Assembly (NCBI GenBank): GCA_020201435.1
Contig: JAIVGS010000190.1
Coordinates: 1-59,163 of the forward strand
Length of the DNA: 59,163 nt
DNA from: Myxococcales bacterium
GTDB lineage: Bacteria > Myxococcota > Myxococcia > Myxococcales > 40CM-4-68-19
Reading direction: 5' to 3'
Both the position numbers and the translations under genes were made by a program. Each line of letters opens with the position of its first letter. The stretch's first letter is position 1. The notes beneath the pieces are model-generated. The model ran no database searches. It was not told where the DNA came from and saw nothing but the letters and a program-made list of their open reading frames with translations. Positions 27,382 to 36,648 of the stretch are shown here, in pieces.

Positions 27382-30192
27382 CTACGCTTTCTTCCCGTTC
27401 TGCGGCGGCGCGGCCGCCGTCACCAGCTTCGGCTTCTTCGCCGCCTGCGCCTGCTTCTCTTCCTCGTCGACGAACGCCTCGAAGTCCTTCTTGCTCACCG
27501 CCTTCACGTACGCGTCCTCGGCGCTGATCTTGCCCTCCTTCATCAGGCGCATCAGGTCGTTGTCCATCAGCTGCATGCCCTGCTCGCGGCTGGTCGAGAT
27601 CACCGACGGGAGCTGGAACGCCTTCCCCTTCCGGATCAGGTTCGCGACCGCGTCGTTGTTGACCAGCAGCTCGACCGCCAGGACCCGCCCCGGGCCGTTC
27701 TTCTCCTTCATCAGGTACTGGCAGACGACCGCGCGCAGCGAGTCGGCCAGCGTCGAGCGGACCTGCTGCTGCTGCCCGGGCGGAAAGGCGCTGACGATTC
27801 GATCGACGGTCGTCGCCGCCGAGACGGTGTGTACCGTCCCGAACACGAGATGTCCGGTCTCCGCCGCGACCACCGTGAACTCGATCGTCGCCAGGTCGCG
27901 CATCTCGCCGACCAGGATCACGTTCGGATCCTCGCGCAACGTGGACCGCAGCGCGGAGGCGAACGACCGCGTGTGGGTCCCGACCTCGCGCTGGTTGACG
28001 AGGCTCTCCTTGCGCTTGTGGATCACCTCGATCGGATCCTCGAGCGAGATGATGTGCCGCGACGAGGTGCGGTTGATGTAGTCGATCAGCGCCGCCAGCG
28101 TCGTCGACTTGCCCGAGCCGGTGGGTCCACCCACCAGCACCAGCCCGTTCTTCATGTCGCCGAACGTCTTCACCAGCGGCGGCAGGCCGAGCTTCTCGAA
28201 CTCCGGCAGCGACCCGCGGATGCGCCGGAACACGGCCGAGAGCCCGCCGAGCTGCTCGAAGACGTTGGCGCGGAAGCGCAGTCCCTCGCTCTTCACCTCG
28301 TGCGAGTAGTCGACGTCCTGCAGCGCCTGCAGCGCCATCAGCTGCTCGGTCGAGAGGTGCGGCATGAGCACCGCCTTCACCTGCTCCTCGTCGAGCGGCG
28401 CCGGCGTGATCGAGGTGATGCGCCCGACTTTCTTCATGAACACCGGCTTGCCGGAGGCGACGATCAGGTCGTCGCCTTCCTGCTGCGCGAGCTGCATCAG
28501 CAGCCGATCGAGCAGCGGCACCGCCAGCGGGGTGTGGCCCTGCGCGGTGATCCGCCAGCGTGTGATCAGCTCGCGCGCCGCGCCGCGCACTTTCAGGTGC
28601 GGATCGTCGTTGAGCTTCGCGACCGCTGTCGCATGCGCGTTGCCGTCGAACTTGTCGAGGTATTTCAGCGCCAGGAACCGGACGTCCGGACTCTCCGATG
28701 CGCACAGCGCCGCCACCTGCGCCGCCGCGCCCTTCGCGTTCATGTCGATCAAGGCCTGGATGCAGACCGGCTGCAGATCCGGGTCCGCGCCCATGATGTG
28801 GACGATGTACGGGATCGCCCTCTCGTCGTTGATCAGCGCGACCGCCTCGATCGCGGTTTCCTTCACCCACCAGTCGGGATCCTGGGTCGCGATCTGCACC
28901 AGCGATCGCAGCGCTTTCGGATCCTTGAGACGCCCCAGCACGTTGACGGCGAAGCGTCGGATGACGTCCGACTTGTCGGACAACAGCGGCACCATGTGGG
29001 GAGTCAGGCGCGTTCCACCCAGCTCGATCAGCGCGTCCATCACGCGCTCGCGCACCCACCAGTCCTCGTCGCGCAGCACCGCCATCAGCTTGGGCCACAG
29101 CGACTGATCCGGGTCGGGCACCGCGCGGATGACCTCGGTGGCCATCCGGCGCACGTTGACGTCGCGGCTGCGCAGCAGCCACACCACCGTGCGCGAGAGG
29201 TCGAGCTTGCCCTCCATCGAGAGCTGCTTGAGCACCTCCGCCGCGCGGTTGCGCACCGGGATCTGCTTGTGGCCGAGGGCGTCGACGAGCGGCGGCAGCA
29301 CCACGTCGTTGCCGATCGCCTCCAGCGCGTTGAGCACGGCGAGCCGGATCGCGCGCGGCCCGGCGCGCATCTTCCGCTCCAGCGCGGCGATCACGCGCGG
29401 CGAGGAGAAGCGGCGCAGGCCGTCGACGGCGGCCTTGACCATGCCGATCGAATCCGAGTCGAGAAAGATGCCGACGTACTCGAACCAGTCCTGCTCGGCG
29501 CAGAGCGCCGAGAACGAAAGGATGCCCTGGATCACCACCGGCTCGGGCTGCTGCTGCGCGTCGAGCACCGGCGCGACTATTTTGAGGGCCGCGGCCGGAT
29601 CCTTGCCCATCGTCTTCGGGTCGCCGAGATGCTTCAGCGCGTGAACCTTCTCGGTCGGATTTCCCGCTGCGATCGCGGCCTGCAGCGCCGGCACGGCCTG
29701 GTGCTTGGCGAATCCGACCAGCACGTCGAGCGCTTCGATGCGGCCGGCAAAGCTCGGCTCGCCGACCGCGCGGGTCAGCAGCTCGAAGACCGTCTTGCTG
29801 CCGCCGAGCTGCGCGAGCGTCCGCGCCACCGTCGCGCGCAGGCCCGCGTCGCTCGAGCGGAGGTGCTCGACCAGCGCGGCGTGCTCGGTGGCGCTGTTCA
29901 CCTTCGGAATCAGCGAGGCCAACGTCGTCCGCAGCCCCGGCTCCGCCGCTTTCAGCGCCTTGACGAAAGGGATGAACAGCGCCTTGTCGGGGTTCTTGTC
30001 GATGATCCGCGCAAACACCGTCAGGCGCGATCGATGGACGTTCGCGTCCGGCGCCTTGCCGGAGACGATGTCGAGCAGCTTCAGCACCTCGGGCGCCTGC
30101 GGCGCCTCGACCGTCGCCAGAAACGCCTCGATCTCCTCGGGCGCCTTCCACGCGGCGGCTTTGAACTGGGTGAGCAGGTCCTTCGAGCTCAT
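27382..30192 (-). CDS. HEAT-repeat domain fused to PilT/PilU-like ATPase
   Basis: 936 aa. The first ~560 aa are HEAT/PBS-lyase-like repeats (DEDWWVRERVMDALIEL, DPDWWVKETAIEAVALI, SPDVRFLALKYL). The C-terminal ~370 aa are a complete PilT-type ATPase (GPTGSGKSTT, LEDPIE, ILVGEMRD, FGTVHT, AVANLIRKGK) with a Lys/Glu-rich tail. Confidence 0.85.
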   Translation of the reverse strand: MSSKDLLTQFKAAAWKAPEEIEAFLATVEAPQAPEVLKLLDIVSGKAPDANVHRSRLTVFARIIDKNPDKALFIPFVKALKAAEPGLRTTLASLIPKVNSATEHAALVEHLRSSDAGLRATVARTLAQLGGSKTVFELLTRAVGEPSFAGRIEALDVLVGFAKHQAVPALQAAIAAGNPTEKVHALKHLGDPKTMGKDPAAALKIVAPVLDAQQQPEPVVIQGILSFSALCAEQDWFEYVGIFLDSDSIGMVKAAVDGLRRFSSPRVIAALERKMRAGPRAIRLAVLNALEAIGNDVVLPPLVDALGHKQIPVRNRAAEVLKQLSMEGKLDLSRTVVWLLRSRDVNVRRMATEVIRAVPDPDQSLWPKLMAVLRDEDWWVRERVMDALIELGGTRLTPHMVPLLSDKSDVIRRFAVNVLGRLKDPKALRSLVQIATQDPDWWVKETAIEAVALINDERAIPYIVHIMGADPDLQPVCIQALIDMNAKGAAAQVAALCASESPDVRFLALKYLDKFDGNAHATAVAKLNDDPHLKVRGAARELITRWRITAQGHTPLAVPLLDRLLMQLAQQEGDDLIVASGKPVFMKKVGRITSITPAPLDEEQVKAVLMPHLSTEQLMALQALQDVDYSHEVKSEGLRFRANVFEQLGGLSAVFRRIRGSLPEFEKLGLPPLVKTFGDMKNGLVLVGGPTGSGKSTTLAALIDYINRTSSRHIISLEDPIEVIHKRKESLVNQREVGTHTRSFASALRSTLREDPNVILVGEMRDLATIEFTVVAAETGHLVFGTVHTVSAATTVDRIVSAFPPGQQQQVRSTLADSLRAVVCQYLMKEKNGPGRVLAVELLVNNDAVANLIRKGKAFQLPSVISTSREQGMQLMDNDLMRLMKEGKISAEDAYVKAVSKKDFEAFVDEEEKQAQAAKKPKLVTAAAPPQNGKKA

Positions 30193-30482
30193 GCAGTTTG
30201 CGAGGATACCAGACGGGCGCAGGTCCGCCTTTTTCCTTTCTTCGAGGTGGGCGCCGGACGTACACCGGATTCACCGTTGCAGCGGTGCGGTGCGAAAAAG
30301 TACGTCACGCGCGCACCCGACGAGCTGGCCACCGATCTCACGCTCGCCTGAAGCCGGGGCCGCCCTCTCGCACGGCGGGCCGGACCAGGCGGTCGAGAGC
30401 TTGAATTGTCATCCAGATACCGACCGCGACTGCATCTCTGCCGTTTCGTCGGGCCTGAAGACCGGGAAATGATGCTTAAGCT

Positions 30483-31094
30483 TTGCGGGTGAAACCGATC
30501 TATCTGGCGCTCGGCGACTCCACCGGCACCGGCGTCGGCGCGGCCTCCGGCGGCGGATATCCGGAGCGGCTGGCGCGCCTGCTTCCGGTGAAGTTGGAGC
30601 TGCTCAACCTCTGCCGCAGCGGAGCGACCAGCGCCGACGTGCTCGCCGATCAGCTGCCGCGGGCGCTGCGATCGCGGCCGCGGTTGATCACCCTCGGCAT
30701 CGGGATCAACGACGTCGGGCTGCAGGTCCCCGACGAATCGTTCGCGTTGAATCTCGAGAACATCGTCGTCGGCCTGGGCAAGCTCGGCGCGCCGATCGCG
30801 ATCCTGAATCTGCCCGATCTCGCGCTCTCGCCCGCAGTGGCCCGGCTGGTGCCGCGATCGATCTACGAAAAACGGATCGAGATGTTCAACGATCACGTGA
30901 CCGCTACCGCCGCGCGGCACGACCTGGCGCTGATCGATCTGTACGCGTTGAGCCGCGAGATCCTGCCCGACCGGCCGGAACTCTTTTCTTCCGACGGTTA
31001 CCACCCGAGCGCGCTCGGCTACGACGAATGGGCGAAGCGGATGGCGCCCGCGGTCGAACGCATCCTCGGGGTGGGTGTCGCTGCTACCGGCTGA
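30483..31094 (+). CDS. SGNH/GDSL hydrolase
   Basis: 203 aa. Block I LALGDSTGTG, block III GINDV, block V SDGYHPS. TTG start at 30483, or alternatively GTG at 30489. Confidence 0.8.
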   Translation: MRVKPIYLALGDSTGTGVGAASGGGYPERLARLLPVKLELLNLCRSGATSADVLADQLPRALRSRPRLITLGIGINDVGLQVPDESFALNLENIVVGLGKLGAPIAILNLPDLALSPAVARLVPRSIYEKRIEMFNDHVTATAARHDLALIDLYALSREILPDRPELFSSDGYHPSALGYDEWAKRMAPAVERILGVGVAATG

Positions 31095-31150
31095 AACCAG
31101 GGCTGAAATGCGGTCACTCCTGGTGCGTAAGGAAGAACCAGGAGGCCGTC

Positions 31151-31342
31151 ATGGGAGCACGGAAGCTGATCTTCCCGATCGCGCTCGCAATTCTCTGGGT
31201 GGTCATGGCGGCCATGGCGATGGTCGATTTCGCGGCCTTCGATGCCACGACGAAGCCGTCCCGTCCGCCGGTCTCGATGCAGAAGCCGCTGCGCACGTCG
31301 ATGCAGGCGGAGGGACGAACGCTCCGGCTCGTCCGCGGCTAG
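31151..31342 (+). CDS. small membrane protein (63 aa)
   Basis: ATG 31151 is preceded by AGGAGG 6-7 nt upstream. MGARKLIFPIALAILWVVMAAMAMVDF forms one TM helix. No recognisable family. Confidence 0.5.
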   Translation: MGARKLIFPIALAILWVVMAAMAMVDFAAFDATTKPSRPPVSMQKPLRTSMQAEGRTLRLVRG

Positions 31343-31361
31343 GCGTGTAGGCAGATGTACG

Positions 31362-31664
31362 TCACGCCTTGCCGCGCATCTTCGCGAACCACCAGCGCAA
31401 ACCGATGAAGAGGAAGCGCCAGTCCTTGAAGAACTCGGGCGGTTTCCTTTCGTAGTAGTGCCCGACGAACTGCAAGATCCAGCCGACGGCGAAGAGCGCC
31501 AGCGCCCAGCGCCATACACCCGCGACGAACAACGACAGGAACGCGAGCGCGATCGAGATCGCGATCATCGGAATGCCGATGGTGTGGCACACGCGGTTGA
31601 TCGGGTGGGTGTGCGCCGTCGCGTACTCGGCGATCCATTCTTCGTTGGTCCGCTCTCCCATCAT
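31362..31664 (-). CDS. DUF962 (Mpo1/YGL010w-like) membrane protein
   Basis: Distal 100 aa of the 1418-aa artefact ORF. HTHPINRVCHTIGIPMI plus two TM helices and GHYYERKPP fit DUF962. ATG 31664 overlaps the AKR stop as ATGA. Confidence 0.75.
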   Translation of the reverse strand: MMGERTNEEWIAEYATAHTHPINRVCHTIGIPMIAISIALAFLSLFVAGVWRWALALFAVGWILQFVGHYYERKPPEFFKDWRFLFIGLRWWFAKMRGKA

Positions 31665-32710
31665 CGGAAAGCCTCCCCGGTTGCGGGCGCCACGCGAGCG
31701 ATCGCGGCATTTTCCTCGACGTGCGCCGGCGTCTTCATGCCGACCAGCGCGCAGGTGATCCCCGGCGTGCTGCGCGCGAACTGCAGCGCGCGTTGCGCAT
31801 CGGTCTCGAGGCCTGCGAGCGCGTCGCGCACCGGCTGCGGCAGCGCCTGCGCCAGCCGGCCCTGCAGGACGCTCGCCGAGGCGAAGACCGCGACGCCGGC
31901 GTCGCGCGCCGCCTCGAGCAGGGTGCGCCCGCCCTGGTTGCGCAGCGTCGCGGCTTCGTCCATCTCGACGTTGAAGGGAAGCTGAATCGCCTTGAAATGG
32001 TTCCTGTCGCCGCCCGCGTCGCGCGCCGCTTCGACGAGCTCGGCGAGAGCGAGATGTTCTTCCTCGTCCGACTCGAGGCGCAGGCCGCTCCAGGTCGCGG
32101 CTCCGTAGACTGCAATCCGTCCATCGTCGCAGGCGCTCTCGAGCGCTGCGAACGCCGTTCGCAGCCGCTTGCGGAACTCGGCGCGCGGCACCTCCCCGAG
32201 CTGCGTCTCTGGATTGTGTACGTAGTATACGTCGATGCAATCGACGCCGAGGTTGGCGCGCGAGCGGTCGATCTGATCGTCGAGATACCGCGCCGCGAGC
32301 GAGTGGCAGCCGGCGACGATCTCGTCGGGTTTCAGCACGCCGGGCTTGAAGAACGTCTCCTCGAGATAGGCGCGAAGATTCTGCGGCCGCCCGCCGTCGA
32401 ACGGCAGGTAGCCGCCCTTGGTGCAGAGCACGATCTGCTCGCGCGCGAACTCGCGGATCGCGGCGCCCACCGCGCGCTCGCTCCGCTGGTTGCGGTAGTT
32501 GATTGCGCTGTCGATGACGTTGACGCCGAGCTGCAGCGCTCGGCGGACGGACTGCGCGTACGAGGCGTCGGTCGCGGCATCGTCGCGGCCCAGGTAGGTG
32601 CCGATGCCGAGCGAGGAGAGCCACAGCCCGCCCAGCGCCTCGCGGAAATGGCCGGAAGCGGCTCCGCTCGCGTCGCGGAACTTCGCCGTTCCCTCGGTCG
32701 TCGCGCGCAT
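31661..32710 (-). CDS. aldo/keto reductase
   Basis: 349 aa. LGIGTY, VIDSAINYRNQRSER, YYVHNPE and LQGRL are typical of the AKR family. Confidence 0.88.
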   Translation of the reverse strand: MRATTEGTAKFRDASGAASGHFREALGGLWLSSLGIGTYLGRDDAATDASYAQSVRRALQLGVNVIDSAINYRNQRSERAVGAAIREFAREQIVLCTKGGYLPFDGGRPQNLRAYLEETFFKPGVLKPDEIVAGCHSLAARYLDDQIDRSRANLGVDCIDVYYVHNPETQLGEVPRAEFRKRLRTAFAALESACDDGRIAVYGAATWSGLRLESDEEEHLALAELVEAARDAGGDRNHFKAIQLPFNVEMDEAATLRNQGGRTLLEAARDAGVAVFASASVLQGRLAQALPQPVRDALAGLETDAQRALQFARSTPGITCALVGMKTPAHVEENAAIARVAPATGEAFR

Positions 32711-32719
32711 GGCGCGAGC

Positions 32720-35608
32720 TTAGATCCGGGTGACTGCGAACGCCACCGCGCCGGCCAGCGCCGCCACTTTCAGGACGCGGCGCGTGCGCAGGCGACGGGT
32801 CGCGATCCGCGATTCGCGCGGCTCGGCGCGCTTCTCGCGCAGCGCCATCTGCAGCACCTGCGCGATGTGCACCGGCTTCCGATCCGCGGTCTCGATCTGC
32901 CCGTGGCAGCTGAAGCCGTCGGCGACGATCAGCGTGTCTTTGGGCGCGTCGCGCACTTTGGGCAACAGCCGCCGCTCGCCGACCTGCATCGAGATCTCGT
33001 ACTTGTCCGCTTCGTAGCCGAACGATCCCGCCATTCCGCAGCAGCCGGAGTCGACGATCTCGTGCTCCGGAAGCACCTGCTTCAAGAGCTCCACTTCCTT
33101 CTTCCAGCCGAGCACGGCCTTGTGATGGCAGTGGCCGTGGACGATCGCCTTGCGATGCAGCGGCGGCGGCTTCCACTTTCGATCGACGAGGAATTCGGAG
33201 AGCAGGAACGTCTGCCGGCGCAGGCGCTGCGCGTCGGCGTCGTGCGGGAAGATCCCGCGCAGCTCGTCGCGGAAGACCGAGATGCAGCTCGGCTCGAGGC
33301 CGACCACCGGCGTGCCGCGCTCGATCTCGTCGCGCAGGTCGTCGAGGATCTGCCGCAGCTTGGACCGCGCGAGATCGAGCATGCCGTAGTCGTAGAGCGG
33401 CCGGCCGCAGCAGAGCTTTTCGCCCTGGACGATCACGTCGCAGCCGGCGTCCTCGAGCACTTCCACGGCCGCTTTCAGGATCTCCGGGTGGAAGAAATTG
33501 TTGAACGTGTCCGCCCAGAGGATGACTCGCTCGCCCTTGCCGGGCCGCGGCCGCCTGTCGAACCAGTCGCGGAACGTCTGCGTCGCAAACTTCGGCAGCC
33601 GGCGCTGCCGCGCGATTCCGGCGAGAGGCTTGAGCAGCGCGCCGACCGCGTTCGCCAGACGCGGCATGCGCGATGCGACGCGCGCCGACCAGTGGATCAG
33701 GCCCATCGCGTACGCCGCACGAGGGCGCAGCCGGCCCTTGTAATAGTGCGCGAGGAATTCGGCCTTGTAGGTCGCCATGTCGACGTTGACCGGGCACTCG
33801 CCCTTGCAGCCCTTGCAGGCGAGGCAGAGATCGAGCGCCTCTTTCACCGCCGGCGAACGCCAGCCGCCGTCGAGCGGATTGCCCTGCAACATCTCGAAGA
33901 GCAGGTGCGCGCGGCCGCGGGTGGAATGCTGCTCCTCGCGCGTCACCATGTACGACGGGCACATCGTGCCCTTCTCTTCCTTGCGGCACTCGCCGATGCC
34001 GACGCAGCGCACCGTCGCCTTCGCGAAGCTGAAGTCGTCGTCGGCGTAGTTGAAGATCGTCGGCAGCGCAGGCGGCCGATAATGCGTCCCGATGCGGAGG
34101 TTCTCGTCGGCTCGGAAGGGCCGCACTTTCTTGCCGGGGTTCATCTTCCAGTCGGGATCCCAGATCGACTTGAACTCCGCGAACGCGTGGATCAGGTCCT
34201 CGCCGTACATGATCGGGAGCAGCTCGGCCTTGCTCTGACCGTCGCCATGCTCGCCGGAGATCGATCCGCCGAGCGAAACCACGAGCCGCGCCGCCTCGTG
34301 GAGGAAGTTGCGGAACTTGCGGATTCCCTCGGCGTCGCGGAGGTCGAAGTTGATGCGCGTGTGCACGCAGCCCTGCCCGAAGTGGCCGTAGAGCGCGCCG
34401 TCGTAATCGTACCGGTCGTACAGCTTGCGCAGCTCGCGCAGATAGCGGCCGAGGTTCTCCGGCGCCACCGCGGAGTCCTCCCAGCCCTCCCAGTTCTCGA
34501 CCCCGGTCTCCGTCCGCGCCGTCGCCCCGAGACCGGACTCGCGCACTTTCCAGAGCTGTTCCTCGGCATGCTTGTCGTCGAACAGCTTCATCGTGCACTT
34601 GCCGCGCAGCTTCTGCATCAAGGCGTGCGCTTTCCCGTCTGACTCTTCCTTGGTCTCGCCGCCGAACTCGACCAGCAGCCAGCCGTTTCCTTCCGGGAGG
34701 AGGGTGACGTCGTCGGGATGGATGCCCTTGATCTTCATCTCCTCGACGAGCTTGTCGTCGATCCCTTCGCAGCCGGTCGGGCCGGCCTCCATCACTTCCG
34801 GGATGTGATCGGCGCTCTCGTAGACGCTGTCGTAACCGAGGACCAGCAGGCTCCGGCACGGCGGGCTGTGGACGAGCCGCACCTTCGCGGCGAGCACGAG
34901 CGCGCAGGTTCCTTCGGTTCCGACCAGCGCGCGGGCGACGTTGAAGCCGTTTTCGGGAAGCAGCTCGGGCAGGTTGTATCCGGACACCCGCCGCGGAATT
35001 CTCGGAAAACGCGAACGGATCTGATCGATGTATCGATCGCGCAGATCCGACAACTTCCGGTAGATCGGATGCCCGCCTCCGCCGGCGCCGACGCGCATGC
35101 GCGTGCCGTCGTAGAGGAGGATGTCGAGCTCCTCGACGTTCTCCTCCGTCTTGCCGGCCATCACCGAGTGAACGCCGCACGAGTTGTTGCCGATCATTCC
35201 GCCGAGGGTGCAGTGGTTGTGCGTCGACGGATCGGGGGCGAACGTGAGATGCCGCTTCTCGGCGTCGTCGCGCAGCCGATCGAGCACGACGCCCGGCTCG
35301 ACCCAGGCGGTGCGACCGTCGTAGTCGAGCTGCAAGATGCGGTTCAGATACTTGGAAAAATCGATGACCACGGCCACGTTGCAGCATTGGCCGGCGAGAC
35401 TGGTTCCACCGCCGCGAGGCACGATCGGCGCCCCGAATTCGCGGGCCAGCCTCACGGTTTCGACGACGTCCTCGACGCTCCTCGGGATGACGACGCCGAT
35501 CGGCACCTGCCGGTAGTTCGAGCCGTCGGTCGCATACAGCGCCCGGCTGCCCTTGTCGAACCGGACTTCGCCTTCGATCCGTTCCTTCAGCGCCCGTTCG
35601 AGATCCAC
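32720..35608 (-). CDS. FAD-linked oxidase fused to 4Fe-4S/CCG domains (GlcD-GlcF-like 2-hydroxyacid dehydrogenase)
   Basis: Distal 962 aa of ORF 32720..36424, with GTG start 35608. PCMH-type FAD domain: VVIPRSVEDVVETVRLAREFGAPIVPRGGGTSLAGQ. Ferredoxin-type clusters: CVGIGECR..CPSY and CLACKGCKGECPVNVD. Two CCG motifs: CCGRPLYD and CCGMAGSFG. Hydrophobic C-terminal tail. Confidence 0.88.
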   Translation of the reverse strand: MDLERALKERIEGEVRFDKGSRALYATDGSNYRQVPIGVVIPRSVEDVVETVRLAREFGAPIVPRGGGTSLAGQCCNVAVVIDFSKYLNRILQLDYDGRTAWVEPGVVLDRLRDDAEKRHLTFAPDPSTHNHCTLGGMIGNNSCGVHSVMAGKTEENVEELDILLYDGTRMRVGAGGGGHPIYRKLSDLRDRYIDQIRSRFPRIPRRVSGYNLPELLPENGFNVARALVGTEGTCALVLAAKVRLVHSPPCRSLLVLGYDSVYESADHIPEVMEAGPTGCEGIDDKLVEEMKIKGIHPDDVTLLPEGNGWLLVEFGGETKEESDGKAHALMQKLRGKCTMKLFDDKHAEEQLWKVRESGLGATARTETGVENWEGWEDSAVAPENLGRYLRELRKLYDRYDYDGALYGHFGQGCVHTRINFDLRDAEGIRKFRNFLHEAARLVVSLGGSISGEHGDGQSKAELLPIMYGEDLIHAFAEFKSIWDPDWKMNPGKKVRPFRADENLRIGTHYRPPALPTIFNYADDDFSFAKATVRCVGIGECRKEEKGTMCPSYMVTREEQHSTRGRAHLLFEMLQGNPLDGGWRSPAVKEALDLCLACKGCKGECPVNVDMATYKAEFLAHYYKGRLRPRAAYAMGLIHWSARVASRMPRLANAVGALLKPLAGIARQRRLPKFATQTFRDWFDRRPRPGKGERVILWADTFNNFFHPEILKAAVEVLEDAGCDVIVQGEKLCCGRPLYDYGMLDLARSKLRQILDDLRDEIERGTPVVGLEPSCISVFRDELRGIFPHDADAQRLRRQTFLLSEFLVDRKWKPPPLHRKAIVHGHCHHKAVLGWKKEVELLKQVLPEHEIVDSGCCGMAGSFGYEADKYEISMQVGERRLLPKVRDAPKDTLIVADGFSCHGQIETADRKPVHIAQVLQMALREKRAEPRESRIATRRLRTRRVLKVAALAGAVAFAVTRI

Positions 35609-36648
35609 CGCTCCGCATCCTTCCGTTTCAATTCCAGGCCCAATCCGGGCCGTGAGAGATCGGGCCGCAGCATCCCGCGCTCCGGCTGCGGCGCGCCGTC
35701 GAAGAGCATTCGCTCGATCCGCTGGTGATCGAAAAACCACTCGAGGTGCCGGACCGCCGGCAGCGCGCAACCGAGCGCGACGTGGAGCGCGGGCGCGCAG
35801 TGCGACGACATCGGCAACTCGTGAGCGGAGATCAGCGCATGCGCGTCGAGGAATCCGGTGATGCCGCCGCAGCGGGTGGCGTCGGCCTGCACCACGTCGA
35901 GCACCGGGATCAGCGCGAGGAAATCGGCGGGCTCCCAGGCGTACTCGCCGCCGGTGATCTCCATCGAGGTCCGGTCGCGCAAGAGCCGCAGCCCGTCGAG
36001 GTCGGTCTTCACCACCGGCTCTTCGAACCAGGTGACTCCCGCCTCGGAAAAACCGCTTGCGAATTGCAGCGCCTGCTTGCGGTCGTACGCGCCGTTGGCG
36101 TCGACGAACAGCTCCGTGCCGCGCCCGATCGCCTTGCGCGCGGCGCGGACCCGCTCGAGGTCCTTGCCGCGGCCGACCTTCATCTTCACCGCCGAAAATC
36201 CGTCGTCTGCCCACCGCGAGAGCTGGTCGCAGAGCTGCGCCTCGCTCAGCGAGGTGAACCCGCCGCTGCCGTACGCCGGCACTTCGGGCCGGACCGTTCC
36301 GAGCAAATGCGCAAGCGGCACGCCGAGCAGCCGGGCCTTCAGGTCCCAGGCCGCGCAGTCGATCGCCGAGATCGCCATCGCGCTCGCGCCGCCGCGGCCG
36401 TGGTTGCGCAGCGTTGTAACGCACGTTCTGAAAATAGAACGCGTGTTATATGGAGACAACTCGCTCAGGTGCGGGGCAAGGAACTGGACCGCGCGCGCGG
36501 TGGCGTCGTCGGCGTAGGTGTATCCCATGCCGCGCACCGCGCGATGCTCCAGCTCGACCAGCACCAGCGTAGTCCGGTCCCACTCCGCGGTGCCGTCGGA
36601 CTCCGGGGCCTCGGTCGGCACCGTGTACGCGGCAACGTGGACGTTCAT
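35587..36648 (-). CDS. enolase-superfamily enzyme (mandelate racemase / muconate lactonizing family)
   Basis: Distal 353 aa of ORF 35587..36987. AISAIDCAAWDLKARLLGVPL, KMKVG, FVDANGAY, WFEEP and the metal-ligand spacing fit the MR/MLE family. ATG 36648 overlaps the upstream stop as ATGA. Confidence 0.85.
   Translation of the reverse strand: MNVHVAAYTVPTEAPESDGTAEWDRTTLVLVELEHRAVRGMGYTYADDATARAVQFLAPHLSELSPYNTRSIFRTCVTTLRNHGRGGASAMAISAIDCAAWDLKARLLGVPLAHLLGTVRPEVPAYGSGGFTSLSEAQLCDQLSRWADDGFSAVKMKVGRGKDLERVRAARKAIGRGTELFVDANGAYDRKQALQFASGFSEAGVTWFEEPVVKTDLDGLRLLRDRTSMEITGGEYAWEPADFLALIPVLDVVQADATRCGGITGFLDAHALISAHELPMSSHCAPALHVALGCALPAVRHLEWFFDHQRIERMLFDGAPQPERGMLRPDLSRPGLGLELKRKDAERWISNGR

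Noticed and set aside
30193-30215. TGGTATCCTCGCA upstream of the HEAT-PilT start as a sigma54 (-24/-12) promoter
   Set aside because: The GG-to-GC spacing is 8 nt instead of the required ~11 nt, and the element would lie only ~8 nt from the start codon.
24293-30274. 1993-aa ORF on the minus strand, which looks like a giant protein
   Set aside because: Only the last ~650 aa (the Ser/Thr kinase) look like real protein. Upstream, the frame is Arg/Gly/Ala-rich nonsense that overlaps the true pilT (26305..27381) and HEAT-PilT (27382..30192) genes in other frames. Long stop-free frames are expected at this GC content.
26566-30351. 1261-aa plus-strand ORF, and similar long ORFs such as 1388..3586, 31721..34642, 39239..42220 and 55594..58440 (the last apart from its distal DUF2795 part)
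   Set aside because: They run antisense to well-supported genes, and their translations are dominated by Arg, Ala, Gly, Pro, Asp, His, Leu and Val runs with no recognisable motifs. They are high-GC antisense artefacts.
31362-36424. ORFs of 1418 aa (31362..35618) and 1234 aa (32720..36424), taken as single genes
   Set aside because: Each is a real gene at its 3' end (DUF962, and the FAD/Fe-S oxidase) preceded by out-of-frame read-through across neighbouring genes. Starts were reset using the ATGA overlap at 31664 and the GTG at 35608.
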